A program made the translations under genes and the position numbers. The notes beneath the pieces were generated by a model, which was not told the DNA's origin, did not search any database, and saw nothing but the letters and a program-made list of their open reading frames with translations. Below are positions 18,488 to 29,223 of a stretch of DNA of 64,000 bases, piece by piece; the first letter of the stretch is position 1; each line of letters starts with the position of its first letter. Source of the DNA: a virus; IMG/VR virus record IMGVR_UViG_3300025154_000069, positions 1 through 64,000 of that record; one strand, 5' to 3'.

Positions 18488-19157
18488 ACTTGAATCCATA
18501 AGAGAGGTTATCTATGAGTTCTCATCTCAGTTCTTATCAAAGGCAGTTCAAAAAGCCTTTCAAGATACGGGGGAAACGAGGCCGTTTATAGCTATGACCG
18601 ATTACAGGGGAACGCTTAAACAGGTTTTGGTTCGCTACTACAAGAAGGGGGATGAGTTCAATACTGAGGATGATTACAACTACTACCCGGTTATCTCTAT
18701 TCAAGACTTTGCTCCCGACTATGACAAGAGTAGGGGTTTTGGTGTTGATACCATTGATGGTGATTATGTAGAGGAAAATGGAATAGTTATATCCGGAGAT
18801 TTAATTTCCCTACCGATTCCTTACAACTTTAAGTTTCAAATTTCTTTTGCGGGTAATACTCAGGCCGACTACGATATGTTTGAAACGTGGTTCCATAACA
18901 ACTTTAGCACATTTAACGGTGCGTGTTTCACGTTTAAGACAGATGTTATTGTTAATTACACCTACAAGAATTTACCCGGGGGAGAGAGAAACGACAACAA
19001 GTTTGAGAGCATAAAAGAGTTTAATTTGAATACTTGGATTTGGTTTAAGGTTAATGTTACCAATACCGAGGACATCATTCAAACCATTAAGTTTGTTCTT
19101 AAACAGCAAGAGGAAACAACAGGGGAGGAATTTTATTTACAAATTCCGGGTGATTAG
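18480..19157 (+). CDS. Putative tail terminator
   Basis: Synteny; YPVISIQ and PIPYNFKFQI patterns. Confidence 0.5.
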   Translation: MNKLESIREVIYEFSSQFLSKAVQKAFQDTGETRPFIAMTDYRGTLKQVLVRYYKKGDEFNTEDDYNYYPVISIQDFAPDYDKSRGFGVDTIDGDYVEENGIVISGDLISLPIPYNFKFQISFAGNTQADYDMFETWFHNNFSTFNGACFTFKTDVIVNYTYKNLPGGERNDNKFESIKEFNLNTWIWFKVNVTNTEDIIQTIKFVLKQQEETTGEEFYLQIPGD

Positions 19158-19158
19158 T

Positions 19159-19190
19159 GTTGTTTTTATAAATTCTATTTTATATATTTG
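19159..19190 (+). promoter_or_regulatory. Bacteroidota-type promoter for the tail operon
   Basis: GTTG-N20-TATATTTG. Confidence 0.6.
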
Positions 19191-19205
19191 TCTAATTATT
19201 TTGTT

Positions 19206-19466
19206 ATGAAAGGCATGAAAAACGAAAACGAGGGTAAAAATACCAATACCGAAGAAACAAAGATCGAGGACAGTAAAGAGTCGGCAAAGGTTGATAAAAA
19301 ATATGCTCCCAAAATTGAAATAACAAAGCTTACTAAGGGTAAGATTTGCGTTATGATAGAAGGGAAACAAGTGAATTTTACGGACAGGATAACCGTTATC
19401 CCTTACTCCGATGAAGCAAATGAAGTATTGAAGAGTAAAAAATACATAAAAATTAAAATACTATGA
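19206..19466 (+). CDS. Hypothetical protein preceding the sheath
   Basis: ATGA overlap with the sheath start. Confidence 0.6.
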   Translation: MKGMKNENEGKNTNTEETKIEDSKESAKVDKKYAPKIEITKLTKGKICVMIEGKQVNFTDRITVIPYSDEANEVLKSKKYIKIKIL

Positions 19467-20941
19467 ATATAGGCATGGATATGGTGGAAGGAACAGCGAA
19501 TGTCCTTAACCTTAGTAGCAATAATCCCGCAAGAGCTATCGGTTTCATTATGGAGCGTGTTCGTGGGGTTGAAAACAAGCTTATCTTTTTAAGCGGATTA
19601 AAAGAAGATCGACAAATTTTTGGGGGTGTTGATGCTTCTATGTACTCCCCATATGTAATGGCAAATTATTTCCAAAACTTAGAAGGAAATTATGTACCTA
19701 CTTATGGTATTCGTATCGTAGGAACAGGAACCGATGCAGCAACAGGGAATGTTGTCGAAGCTACAAAAGTAATAGCCGGATTTACCGCAGGGTATCAGGG
19801 GGAACAAGATAAAGGAGATTGGGGGAATAATTTGGTTGTTAAACTTTACCCAAAGGAAGTTACCGGTGGAATGACCGATTACTTCTTAATGGAGGTTTAT
19901 GAAAGCTCGCAACTCGTAGAAAGTCTTTATGACAGCACGCTCGCATTACTCGAAGCCAAGGTAAACTCTGTAAGTAAATATGTGGTGATGAACGAAGGTG
20001 CTGATGGGTATGCTTCTCCATTTACGGCTGTTGGAACCGCTACACTTACAGGCGGAACTTATGTTGCACCGGTTGAAGGTGATTTTGAACCTGCTTACAC
20101 AGGTGACACACCGGAAGGTATGGCTATTTTTGCAGGTAGCCCTGTTACGATTTTCGCTTGCCCCGAATTTTTCACTTCTACACTTGCGGTAAAGGCCGAA
20201 GTTTTTGCAAAGGCAAATGATAAGTATTTTGTGATGAATGCAGCACAAGATATTACCGGAACCGATCTTGAAACATTGCACAATGCAGTTAAATCTGCAA
20301 CCATAAGCAGCATGGGTAAATACCTTGAGTGGGTAAAAGTATCTGATGAAAATTCAGGGTACACTTGGATTCCCGGGATAGGTTACTTCTTGGGTGCAGG
20401 GTTCGGAAGAGCTTGCATAAAAGACGGTGGATATGTTTGGAGTGTTCCCGCAGGTGAAAATACTTATCCTGTTGGAATATATGAGTTCTCTCATATTGAT
20501 CTTACCGAAATCACAAAGAAAAGATACGTTACCGAGTTCTTGACAAATGTGGTCATGTATAACTCTATTTTAGGTTACTACATGTACTCATCAAGGACAT
20601 GCTCTACCGCAGAACTTTATCATTCTGCACATGTAAGACTTGAAACAAATTGGATAAAACTTTCTTTGAAAGACCGAAACGCTAAGTTCCACCAAAAGTT
20701 GAACACACCGAAGCTCCGAAAGGACATGTACATCGACTCGATTATGTTCTTCAAGAACTTATATAACCAAGGGGGTATCGAGGGAAGCGTTCCGTTTTCA
20801 AGTGCTGTTGTAATTACGGTAGCAACCGATTCGGTAAACAGAAAACAAATAAACGAAGATATTTCATGGATTCCGCCAGAAACCGTAGAGTATCAAAAAA
20901 TAGCACTCAATAGAAATGACGGGGTGCTGAATATCTTGTAA
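19463..20941 (+). CDS. Tail sheath protein
   Basis: GDWGNNLVV, LTGG, YLEWVKV..PGIG, VWSVPAG, HVR, PPETVE motifs. Confidence 0.85.
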   Translation: MNIGMDMVEGTANVLNLSSNNPARAIGFIMERVRGVENKLIFLSGLKEDRQIFGGVDASMYSPYVMANYFQNLEGNYVPTYGIRIVGTGTDAATGNVVEATKVIAGFTAGYQGEQDKGDWGNNLVVKLYPKEVTGGMTDYFLMEVYESSQLVESLYDSTLALLEAKVNSVSKYVVMNEGADGYASPFTAVGTATLTGGTYVAPVEGDFEPAYTGDTPEGMAIFAGSPVTIFACPEFFTSTLAVKAEVFAKANDKYFVMNAAQDITGTDLETLHNAVKSATISSMGKYLEWVKVSDENSGYTWIPGIGYFLGAGFGRACIKDGGYVWSVPAGENTYPVGIYEFSHIDLTEITKKRYVTEFLTNVVMYNSILGYYMYSSRTCSTAELYHSAHVRLETNWIKLSLKDRNAKFHQKLNTPKLRKDMYIDSIMFFKNLYNQGGIEGSVPFSSAVVITVATDSVNRKQINEDISWIPPETVEYQKIALNRNDGVLNIL

Positions 20942-20969
20942 TAATTATTAAACACAAATAGAAGAAAAG

Positions 20970-21476
20970 ATGGCTATCACAAATTTAAAACAGTTAAGCG
21001 GCATTTATGCCTCTAACCCTGCTGAAAGATTCATAGGAACAGGTGCTCCTGCATCCTCTGACGAGTTCGTAACCGATGCAACCAAGTACCCTTTGGGCTC
21101 TCAGTACATCAACCTTACGACTAAGATCATGTATATTCGTACGGGAGTTGCCGGAACAACTGCTGACTTTACGGTATACCCTCTTCCGGGAAATGATATT
21201 TTAACCTTTGATTTCCTTGCTTTAACACCCGATGTTATTGGTGTTGTTGATGCAACTGCACATACGGTTGCTTTATTGGTTCCTTTCGGAACTACGGTTA
21301 CGGCCTTGGTTGCTACTTTCACATTATCTCCGGGTGCTTCGGCAGTAGTTGGTGCTACTGCACAGGTAAGCGGAACAACGGCAAACAATTTCACGAGTGC
21401 GGTAACTTACATTATCACAGGCTCGGATGGGGCAGCTCAAAATTGGATTGTTACGGTAACAATTGATGCCGAGTAA
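20970..21476 (+). CDS. Ig-like (DUF5018/cadherin-like) domain virion protein
   Basis: TALVATFTLSPGA...SGTTANNFTSAVTYIIT..DG...WIVTV. Confidence 0.7.
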   Translation: MAITNLKQLSGIYASNPAERFIGTGAPASSDEFVTDATKYPLGSQYINLTTKIMYIRTGVAGTTADFTVYPLPGNDILTFDFLALTPDVIGVVDATAHTVALLVPFGTTVTALVATFTLSPGASAVVGATAQVSGTTANNFTSAVTYIITGSDGAAQNWIVTVTIDAE

Positions 21477-21510
21477 TAAGTAAAGGTTATTTACCTCAAT
21501 AAAAAACATT

Positions 21511-21951
21511 ATGCCACGACCGGATAATTTATTGACAAGTAACCATTGGACTTTCGAGATTCCCGGTTTCACTTTCCCCAACTTTCAAAAAGTTTCGGGG
21601 ATAAGCAAGAAATCGGGAGAGGTCTCGATAGTTGATGGTACGACCAACATAAAACACAAATACTCTTCACAGTTGAAAGAGTTCAACGATATTACCTTGG
21701 TAAGACCGTATGATCTTTCAATAGATGATGCAAGTATTAGGGCTTTGGTCGCCCTATCATTTGACGAGAGCCAAAGGTTTGATGGTGCTTTAGTAAAGTA
21801 TCACAACAAAACCGAGGTTTTCAGAATTATGTTCTTTGGACTTCGAGTTAAAGAAGTTAAGCATCCCGACTTAGACACGGCAGCAGAAGAAAGATATGAT
21901 GTAGAGTTGCTTTGTTCAGTTTCAGAATGGGAAGAAATACCTACTGTATAA
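21511..21951 (+). CDS. Tail tube protein (T4 gp19-like)
   Basis: FQKVSGI, DITLVR; 146 aa after the sheath. Confidence 0.85.
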   Translation: MPRPDNLLTSNHWTFEIPGFTFPNFQKVSGISKKSGEVSIVDGTTNIKHKYSSQLKEFNDITLVRPYDLSIDDASIRALVALSFDESQRFDGALVKYHNKTEVFRIMFFGLRVKEVKHPDLDTAAEERYDVELLCSVSEWEEIPTV

Positions 21952-21970
21952 CTAAAAAATCTTGTATTAT

Positions 21971-22807
21971 ATGTTAAAGTTACCTGTTGGATTTAATTAC
22001 AACAAAACGGCGGTTAAAACGCTTAAACTTGCAGAGACTTCCGGGGAAGCAGAAAAAGTTTTTGTTAAAAGACCCGGAAAGACGGAATTATACACATGGT
22101 TTTCTGAAATAATAGCTGTTGCTGTAGAGTCTGTTCAAGATGTACGAGTTGCTTCTGAATTTATAAAATCCGGCGTTGTTCCTTCGGTGATTAAAAAAAT
22201 CCCATTGGTAGATGCCGGTTCTTTGCTTTTACAAATTCACATTGAAGCGTGGCAAGATACTATGGGTGAACAAGAATTGATCTGCAAGTATTGTGGTCAT
22301 ATTTTTGAGCGAGATATTGATTTAAAAAAGATCGAAATTCCGTTTGATGAGAATGATGAGATTCCAGAGTTTATTGATGTGGTTCTTGATAAGACCTATG
22401 AAATAAACGCTGACGGGGTTGAAAAGTTCGCTGACATACACGGGATGAAATACAATATGATTCGTTATCGTGTTCCGTTATTAGGTGACGGGATTGCTAA
22501 CGAGGGGTTGGCTTCTGATGAAGTCGAGTTTTGGAGAAACATTTCTTTCACATGTCAAGAAGGTTTATACTTTGTTGAGAAGGGCGAAAATGGTTATGCT
22601 ATTGTTGATTCTATACCGAGCGAGTATGCTATGGGTATGGGAAAAAGACTTTATAACAGTACCTTTACAACAAAGAGCTTAAAGCTTATCAGGGAGAAAT
22701 TGCAAACTTCTTTAAAGTCGGCTCCATTGTACTACAGAGATAAATGTCCGAGTTGTAACAGGCTTACACCACATATTGCTGCGGTTGAAAATTTTTTTTC
22801 GGCATAA
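21971..22807 (+). CDS. Tail or baseplate assembly chaperone with Zn-ribbon (T4 gp26-like)
   Basis: CKYC and CPSC pairs, ends NFF; between tube and tape measure. Confidence 0.7.
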   Translation: MLKLPVGFNYNKTAVKTLKLAETSGEAEKVFVKRPGKTELYTWFSEIIAVAVESVQDVRVASEFIKSGVVPSVIKKIPLVDAGSLLLQIHIEAWQDTMGEQELICKYCGHIFERDIDLKKIEIPFDENDEIPEFIDVVLDKTYEINADGVEKFADIHGMKYNMIRYRVPLLGDGIANEGLASDEVEFWRNISFTCQEGLYFVEKGENGYAIVDSIPSEYAMGMGKRLYNSTFTTKSLKLIREKLQTSLKSAPLYYRDKCPSCNRLTPHIAAVENFFSA

Positions 22808-23085
22808 TTTCTGAACGGTTTCACAATGAGGCACGATATTTTATCCAAAGAGACATTGTAAGACCCTTCTACTCGTTTCATACCACGCCATACAGAGAGC
22901 TGTTTTTTCAAAATTCGGAGTTAAACCCGCCAATGGAAGAACAGCTTTATTTGTTTATAAAAAGATTTAAGGGGGTAGGATATTCAGACTTTATGCAGAT
23001 GCCGTTAAAATTAAGAAGGTTTCTTTGGGATAGGGAAACAAAAGTGTTATTGAAGGAGAAAAATGATGCAGAGAGCAACAAATAA
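22792..23085 (+). CDS. -1 frameshift extension of the chaperone (not in ORF track)
   Basis: T8 run at 22792-22799; the -1 frame from 22798 is open for 95 codons with YSDFMQMP..LRR, stopping 8 nt before the tape measure ATG. Confidence 0.75.
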   Translation, partial: FFFGIISERFHNEARYFIQRDIVRPFYSFHTTPYRELFFQNSELNPPMEEQLYLFIKRFKGVGYSDFMQMPLKLRRFLWDRETKVLLKEKNDAESNK

Positions 23086-23093
23086 TTAGGTAA

Positions 23094-25610
23094 ATGACAA
23101 CTGAACTCGGATATAATGTAGCGATAAACTTCTTCGGAAATTATTCAAGAGAATTGGATAAGGTTCAAAGAGGTACTCACTCACTCGATGAATCTTTGAG
23201 AAAAGCATCGGTGTCTGGAAGTGGTATCATAAAATATGGTAGTGCTTGGGATAGGGTTGAGATGGGATTCGGAAGGGTTACAGGAACCGTTACCGGATTA
23301 TTTAACCGACTTATGAGTGTTCAAAATTTACTTCTCGGAGGTGGTATTGCTTATGGTATAGCCAACATAGGAAATAAACTGTATCAAACAGGTCTTACTA
23401 TGGAGAATAATTTTGCCTCTATCAAAACCGCATTAGACAGTGATGTTAAAACTATAGAGGGGTTGATGTGGGCGAGAAAGAAAGCTGCTGAGACTCCCTT
23501 TGAACTCCCCGATGTTAATCAAGCTCTTTTGCAGATGGCAAAGGAGGGGCTAACAAAGACCAATGATATGCGTGAGAAGGTATTCACAGCTATTGGTGAC
23601 ATGGCAGGTGCGGAAGGATTTGACTTCGGCACGGGTATGTATATGTTCACAAAAGCGGGGGAGGGTAATTGGATGCAGTTATCCATGAGAACAGGGTTGA
23701 GAATGTCTAATATGATAAACCTCGCTTTGCAGAGTAACCGCACGGAGGAGGAAAAAAAGAAGATGATCGAGTACGCCAACGTAGTAAAAAAGGCAGCGAA
23801 AGGAACAACCGAGTACAAGATGGCTCTCGCTGAATACTTAGCCATTATGTATAAAGGTGGTATGGAGAACAGGGTCAAAACGGTTGGCGGTGCTCTATCA
23901 AATGTTAGTGACTTGATGAGTATCTTTACTATGGAGATTGTTGGGTATACACAACAGGCCGACTCATTTTTTCACAGTATAATGCTTACGGTAAAAGATA
24001 AATTCTTGGGGGCTTTTAGTAAAGTTATCGAGGTTCAAAAAGATATAAACGGAAATGTTACACAACAGATAACTCTTCAAGATAAACTCTTTGAGTCTGG
24101 AAGAAGAATTGGTGGCATACTTAAAATCATGTGGAGCAGTGTTGATTCTGCCGTAGGTGGCCTTACCGAGAGACTTGAGGTGCTTATTCTAAAAATGAAC
24201 GCTTGGCTAAGTGATTTTCAAGGTAATGTGGCTCCGATGATTATAGCATTTACCATTATAAAAATGCGGGTTAAGGACTTTTTTAACGGATTTAAAGAGG
24301 GCTTTAGTTCTGGATTTGGATTCTTTTGGAACATATTAAAGGGTTTGGCTAAAACTATAATCGCAATAATCGGGTTTATAAAGAGATTGACCGGGGGAAC
24401 AGAAGAAGCGGATTCAAAGGCAAAAAGATTAGGTAAAACGGTCGGGTTGCTTATCGGCTCGTTAGTCGGACTCAGAATACTACTGCCCATAACAAACAAG
24501 ATGTTTATGTTCGCTAAGTCCGTTAAGTTTGCCACTACAGCCCTTCTTAATTTTATCAACACGAACAAGATGGTTGAAAAAGTAAGCACGTATGCTCAGA
24601 TAGGCACTACTTACGTGGCCGAAGGTTTTTCTATGCTTGGAACAAAATTAGGGTTGGCTACAAGGTCGTTAGGTAAGCTGAGGGTTGCATTTCTTGGATT
24701 AAACACGGTTCTTGTGTCTACGCCTATCGGATGGATAATATTGATCGTTGCAGCCTTGGTTGCGGGTATTATCCTGTTGGTAAAACATTGGGATAAAGTC
24801 AGGGAGCATGTTAGTAAGGTTCCTGATTGGATAATAATGATAACAACAGTTATGATGCCCCTTATAGGTGCTGTTATGTTACTCGCTAAATATTGGGAAC
24901 AAATTTCAACTATTGTTAAAAATGCATTCAAGACAATTAAAAATTATGCAAGAGGGGTGTGGGATTGGTTGGTTGTTAAGGCAAGGAACACTCGTGATTC
25001 TTTTGTTGATACTTGGAATAAAACCAAAGAAATGTTAAAACCGGTTAAAGACTTTTTTACTGATATGTTTAAAACAGCTAAGAAACAAATGAGGGATATG
25101 TGGGATGCTCTTACAGAAAGGTTCCCATTTATCGAGCGTATTCTTAAAGCCATAGGTGATATGTTCCGAAAGTATATACTTGAACCCATCCAAAAGATAA
25201 AGGCATACATAACCGATTCTTTCTCTAAGGTTTTTGGTGGTTTGTTTGAAAAGGATGCTCTTAAAACTTCGTTTGATGATCTGGCCAAACAATCTCAAAC
25301 ATGGGTTAATGCTTCTGGAAATTTTGCTGATAGACAAGCAAGGAACAAGTATTTGAGTGATATAAAAGAGGGCACGGTAAAAGGAAATACGATCGGTGGA
25401 ACAAGTGTGTTCGACTTATTAATGGCTAATAAGGACACATACGGGCAAGGAACGTCAAATGATAGGATAGTTGAGGCTTTAGAGAAACTTAACGAAAAAG
25501 AGAGGGGTATGGTTATTGACCAAATCACCATAAAAGTTGACGGAAAGACATTTAATGCTGATGAGTTTGTTAAAACTTTGGAAAGTCTCGCAAATAAAAA
25601 AGGTAAGTAA
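23094..25610 (+). CDS. Tape measure protein
   Basis: AAETPFEL motif, PIGWII/HWDKV repeats, 11-residue aromatic periodicity. Confidence 0.9.
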   Translation: MTTELGYNVAINFFGNYSRELDKVQRGTHSLDESLRKASVSGSGIIKYGSAWDRVEMGFGRVTGTVTGLFNRLMSVQNLLLGGGIAYGIANIGNKLYQTGLTMENNFASIKTALDSDVKTIEGLMWARKKAAETPFELPDVNQALLQMAKEGLTKTNDMREKVFTAIGDMAGAEGFDFGTGMYMFTKAGEGNWMQLSMRTGLRMSNMINLALQSNRTEEEKKKMIEYANVVKKAAKGTTEYKMALAEYLAIMYKGGMENRVKTVGGALSNVSDLMSIFTMEIVGYTQQADSFFHSIMLTVKDKFLGAFSKVIEVQKDINGNVTQQITLQDKLFESGRRIGGILKIMWSSVDSAVGGLTERLEVLILKMNAWLSDFQGNVAPMIIAFTIIKMRVKDFFNGFKEGFSSGFGFFWNILKGLAKTIIAIIGFIKRLTGGTEEADSKAKRLGKTVGLLIGSLVGLRILLPITNKMFMFAKSVKFATTALLNFINTNKMVEKVSTYAQIGTTYVAEGFSMLGTKLGLATRSLGKLRVAFLGLNTVLVSTPIGWIILIVAALVAGIILLVKHWDKVREHVSKVPDWIIMITTVMMPLIGAVMLLAKYWEQISTIVKNAFKTIKNYARGVWDWLVVKARNTRDSFVDTWNKTKEMLKPVKDFFTDMFKTAKKQMRDMWDALTERFPFIERILKAIGDMFRKYILEPIQKIKAYITDSFSKVFGGLFEKDALKTSFDDLAKQSQTWVNASGNFADRQARNKYLSDIKEGTVKGNTIGGTSVFDLLMANKDTYGQGTSNDRIVEALEKLNEKERGMVIDQITIKVDGKTFNADEFVKTLESLANKKGK

Positions 25611-26350
25611 TGAATAAGAACGCATATATAACCAATCTTGACGGCTCGGTGATAATAGACTTTCAATACTCCCCTCATGAGATGGATAGGAGCACGAAGA
25701 GTAATATTAAAACAAGCACGTATACGGGTTCTGTTGATGTTGATCTGTATTGGGTAAGTGGGGAACCTGAATCTGTTCCAATCCCCTTTTTTATAGATCG
25801 GACAAAGGAGAGTATGCCGTATAAAGGTGGAACTCAGGCGGAGGTAAAACCAAAAACATTGGATTGGCTTAGACCTGTTTATGATAATAGTGCTTTGGCT
25901 CAGATAATCCGAGGGATGGTAAAGAGTAAAACACCTTCCGAGAAAATACCTACAAGTGAGTACAATGCTACCCCCCACTTCAAGCAAAACAGGGATAGTG
26001 TTCTTTATGACATAGAAGTATTTGAATCTTTTTTGCGCCCGGAGGGATATAAACAGGTTCCTGCATCGGTTGTCGTGCAGTCTTATGAGTTCAGAAATAA
26101 TACTCCTGACAATAATGCAGTTAGATTTGTGCCTCCACAAATGATTAGATTCTTTTATTCGGGGCTGTGGGTAGAGGGGTATCTTGAAAATATCGACTAT
26201 AAGTATTCTATTTTCATGTCCGGGAAACCTCAGAGGGTAGAGGGTACTTTAACAATAGCAGCACATAAGAAAGGAACTTTTGAGTATGTCAATACGGTTG
26301 ACCCGGCACAAGCAGAGCTTAATAACTATGTAAATGAAGTCAGCATATGA
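25610..26350 (+). CDS. Tail tube initiator (CIS tube-like)
   Basis: FQYSP...PP.IRF...G.PQR pattern after the tape measure. Confidence 0.65.
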   Translation: MNKNAYITNLDGSVIIDFQYSPHEMDRSTKSNIKTSTYTGSVDVDLYWVSGEPESVPIPFFIDRTKESMPYKGGTQAEVKPKTLDWLRPVYDNSALAQIIRGMVKSKTPSEKIPTSEYNATPHFKQNRDSVLYDIEVFESFLRPEGYKQVPASVVVQSYEFRNNTPDNNAVRFVPPQMIRFFYSGLWVEGYLENIDYKYSIFMSGKPQRVEGTLTIAAHKKGTFEYVNTVDPAQAELNNYVNEVSI

Positions 26351-26640
26351 ACCGAGACTATTTTAAAAATAAGGTAAATACGATAACAACAGGATTATCG
26401 GGGGGAAGGAGTCATTTCTCTACCCGCCCCAAATTTATAACCAAGCTCGATAGTGAGTATGCTTGTGCTCATGGAGACACCTACTATGGGTTGGCAGATA
26501 AAACTTTGGGGTCGGATAAGTTATGGAATATTTTGGCAGACATAAATTTACCCTGTTACCCTACGGAGTTGGTATCAGAAATGAAAATCAATTTACCTTT
26601 GGTTGTTATTGAAAACGAAACGTCAGCAACTATACTATGA
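26347..26640 (+). CDS. LysM-like baseplate protein
   Basis: GDTYYGLA..LGS..LW.ILADIN. Confidence 0.75.
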   Translation: MNRDYFKNKVNTITTGLSGGRSHFSTRPKFITKLDSEYACAHGDTYYGLADKTLGSDKLWNILADINLPCYPTELVSEMKINLPLVVIENETSATIL

Positions 26641-28073
26641 TTCTAACGCAGTATTATAAGGTTTATATTCAAGATGTAGATGTCACCAAAGATGTTGACG
26701 GCATAAAGATAATGGAAGAGGATGGGCTGTTTACCACCGCTACCGTTACTTTTAGGAATGGGTATCTTTGGATGGAAACTATCGGGAAAGGAAACACGGT
26801 TAAGGTGTTCGGAGGAACTACTTCATTAAACGCTGTTCTTCAATTTTCCGGGTATGTGAACATAATAAACCCCGACTTTCAATCTGATGGTGAGGTTACG
26901 TTGACTGTTGAATGCTTTACCTATGGTCATATTGAAACAGGAATACAGAAGAAAAGCACTTTATACCCTTCGGAGAGTAACGAGGAAGAGTGGGCTAAAA
27001 GCAGTCCTTTACGCTATAGTTACATAATAGAACAAATAGCAAAAGATAGTGGGTATGAAATAGGCAGGTTCTCGGTTGCTAAGGGTAAGGACAAAAAAGC
27101 TACTTTCAAAGCCCCGATTTCACAAAAAGACAAAACAACGTGGAAGCTGTTGAATGACTTGGCAGCAGATATTGATTGTGTTATTTGGGAAGAGTTTCGG
27201 GATGGTAAGTCTATCCTTAACTGCGTTGATGAAGAAGGAGCCGTGAACACGATCAGCAAAAAATCTTTTTACTTTGTGGCCAGAGCAGGTAGTAAATTCT
27301 CGGTTGATAGTGCAGATAACACTATGATAAGACTTATAAGTGCTAATTTGAACTTAGATACTAACAGGGGAAAGGCGCACCAAAGGTTAGATACTAAGAC
27401 CAACCCGGCAACGGGGGAAGAGGAGGTAAAAACAGATACTTATGATGCTGTTACCGATAAATGGACTGAGTGGGTGTTCAAGGAAGAGCTATTGGCCAAG
27501 GAGTCGGAAGAAACAAAGGACAGGGTTTTTGAAATTGTTACTTCTTCAAGGGATAAGCTCGAAAAGTGGGAGACCATTCAGAAGTATTTTATTAAGTCGG
27601 ATAAGGTGGAAAAGGAATCTCAGAACCCACTACCAGAAGAATTTACTGTTACCGAGTCAAGCAAGAACTTCTCTAAGGATAAACAGTATACAACAACCGA
27701 TGCACTCAACAATGTTCCCCCCGAAGATCAGTCTGAACTGTTGAAACGGGCTACAAACGGGGAATTGACGGATGAAGATTTTGCTCTGTATTTTAAAGAG
27801 TCAGACAGACCAGATGATGTTGTTTCTGAGTCAAACAATGATGTTACCTCTGGTAACGCCAACCAAGGAGGAACCGACAAGAAGAAAAAGAAAACACGGA
27901 GAGATGAAGGGTTTAGTATTTCTGCACAGATAAACGGAGTGATGGATATTAAGACAAAGATGAGCTATCTTGTTCAAGGCTTAGGCAAATACTCAGCTAC
28001 ATATTATCTGTATAAAATTGAAAAGAATTTCGGGGAAGATGGATTTATGATGAATTTAACATTTACGAAGTGA
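26637..28073 (+). CDS. Baseplate hub (gpD/gp27-like)
   Basis: FSGYV, Q...TTWKLLNDLA, GLGKYSATY. Confidence 0.7.
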   Translation: MILTQYYKVYIQDVDVTKDVDGIKIMEEDGLFTTATVTFRNGYLWMETIGKGNTVKVFGGTTSLNAVLQFSGYVNIINPDFQSDGEVTLTVECFTYGHIETGIQKKSTLYPSESNEEEWAKSSPLRYSYIIEQIAKDSGYEIGRFSVAKGKDKKATFKAPISQKDKTTWKLLNDLAADIDCVIWEEFRDGKSILNCVDEEGAVNTISKKSFYFVARAGSKFSVDSADNTMIRLISANLNLDTNRGKAHQRLDTKTNPATGEEEVKTDTYDAVTDKWTEWVFKEELLAKESEETKDRVFEIVTSSRDKLEKWETIQKYFIKSDKVEKESQNPLPEEFTVTESSKNFSKDKQYTTTDALNNVPPEDQSELLKRATNGELTDEDFALYFKESDRPDDVVSESNNDVTSGNANQGGTDKKKKKTRRDEGFSISAQINGVMDIKTKMSYLVQGLGKYSATYYLYKIEKNFGEDGFMMNLTFTK

Positions 28074-28765
28074 ACGATTTAATTGACAGCATACTCGATT
28101 TTACAAAGGGTGATAAGCTCTCAGGTGTTTATCTTGCAAAGCCTACAGGTAAGGTTTTGGCTGATGATAAAACCTTCATACAGATAAGCTATGGTGGTAC
28201 ACTTCAATATGCAAAACCCTCTATGCCTTTCGGTTGGTTTTTTATTCCTACCGAGGAGTGGTTAGAGAAGCATAAAACAACGATCGGGATATGGATAATC
28301 TTTGAACATGGTAATCCACGCTACCCCGTTTGGTTAGGTATTGCCCCTCTGGATGAAAAAATTCCGGGAGGTAATTATCCGAATATAGCTGAATTTAAGA
28401 CAGAGACCTTTACTCAGGTGTTTGATGATGTAGATTCTATCTACTCTTTAAAGCATGACGATAATTTTTTGTTTATTTTAGCTAAAAATTATATATCTTT
28501 GCTTAATAAAGATGAGTACGGGCTGCACATAACAAAAAACAAGGTACAGCTTGGTAAAAAGAGCGAAACAAAGACGGAAGCGGTGAGGTTTGATAAGTTG
28601 AAAGAGGTTATCGAGGATATTTTGGAATTGGTGGTTAAGATGCTTACAATATCCCCTATGGGTAATAACAGCACAGGAGAAATAGACCCTGCAACGGTTT
28701 CAAGAAAAGCAGCGATTATACAAAAATTAAACAGTATAAAGAGTAATTCAGTAGAATTAGATTAA
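28070..28765 (+). CDS. Baseplate spike (gpV/gp5 OB-fold)
   Basis: WIIFEHGNPRYPVWLG followed by short beta repeats. Confidence 0.75.
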   Translation: MNDLIDSILDFTKGDKLSGVYLAKPTGKVLADDKTFIQISYGGTLQYAKPSMPFGWFFIPTEEWLEKHKTTIGIWIIFEHGNPRYPVWLGIAPLDEKIPGGNYPNIAEFKTETFTQVFDDVDSIYSLKHDDNFLFILAKNYISLLNKDEYGLHITKNKVQLGKKSETKTEAVRFDKLKEVIEDILELVVKMLTISPMGNNSTGEIDPATVSRKAAIIQKLNSIKSNSVELD

Positions 28766-29223
28766 TGGCATTATCAAAATCCATATTAAAGCAAGAGTTA
28801 TCAAAATTAATGGATAACACACACCCCCAATTTCTCGGGTTCTCTTCTAATATTTCTATTATAGGAGATCGGTGGGCTAATGTGGTTAAGGTTTATTCAT
28901 CTACTATAGTTCCCCCCTCTGCTACTTTAGAAACGGCAAAGAGTGGGTTCTATACTACTATGCTTAATATGGATTTGGGGATAGGAAGAACGATTTTTCA
29001 AAGTGCATTTTTACAGTTCACACTTTTGTTGGCAGCAGGAATGACACCGGCTTTTATAGGTACGCCTCCACCAACCCCGATAAATTTTTCTTCTCTGTAT
29101 GCTTTACCGCTTGATACAGATATTAATACTAAGATTGAGGTTTTTGCCACAATCATTGATGCATGGTTTAGAACAGGAACGGCTACACCGAGCGGTGGTG
29201 GAAGCCCTATATTATGGAACTAA
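28765..29223 (+). CDS. Putative spike-associated protein
   Basis: Synteny after the spike. Confidence 0.5.
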   Translation: MALSKSILKQELSKLMDNTHPQFLGFSSNISIIGDRWANVVKVYSSTIVPPSATLETAKSGFYTTMLNMDLGIGRTIFQSAFLQFTLLLAAGMTPAFIGTPPPTPINFSSLYALPLDTDINTKIEVFATIIDAWFRTGTATPSGGGSPILWN

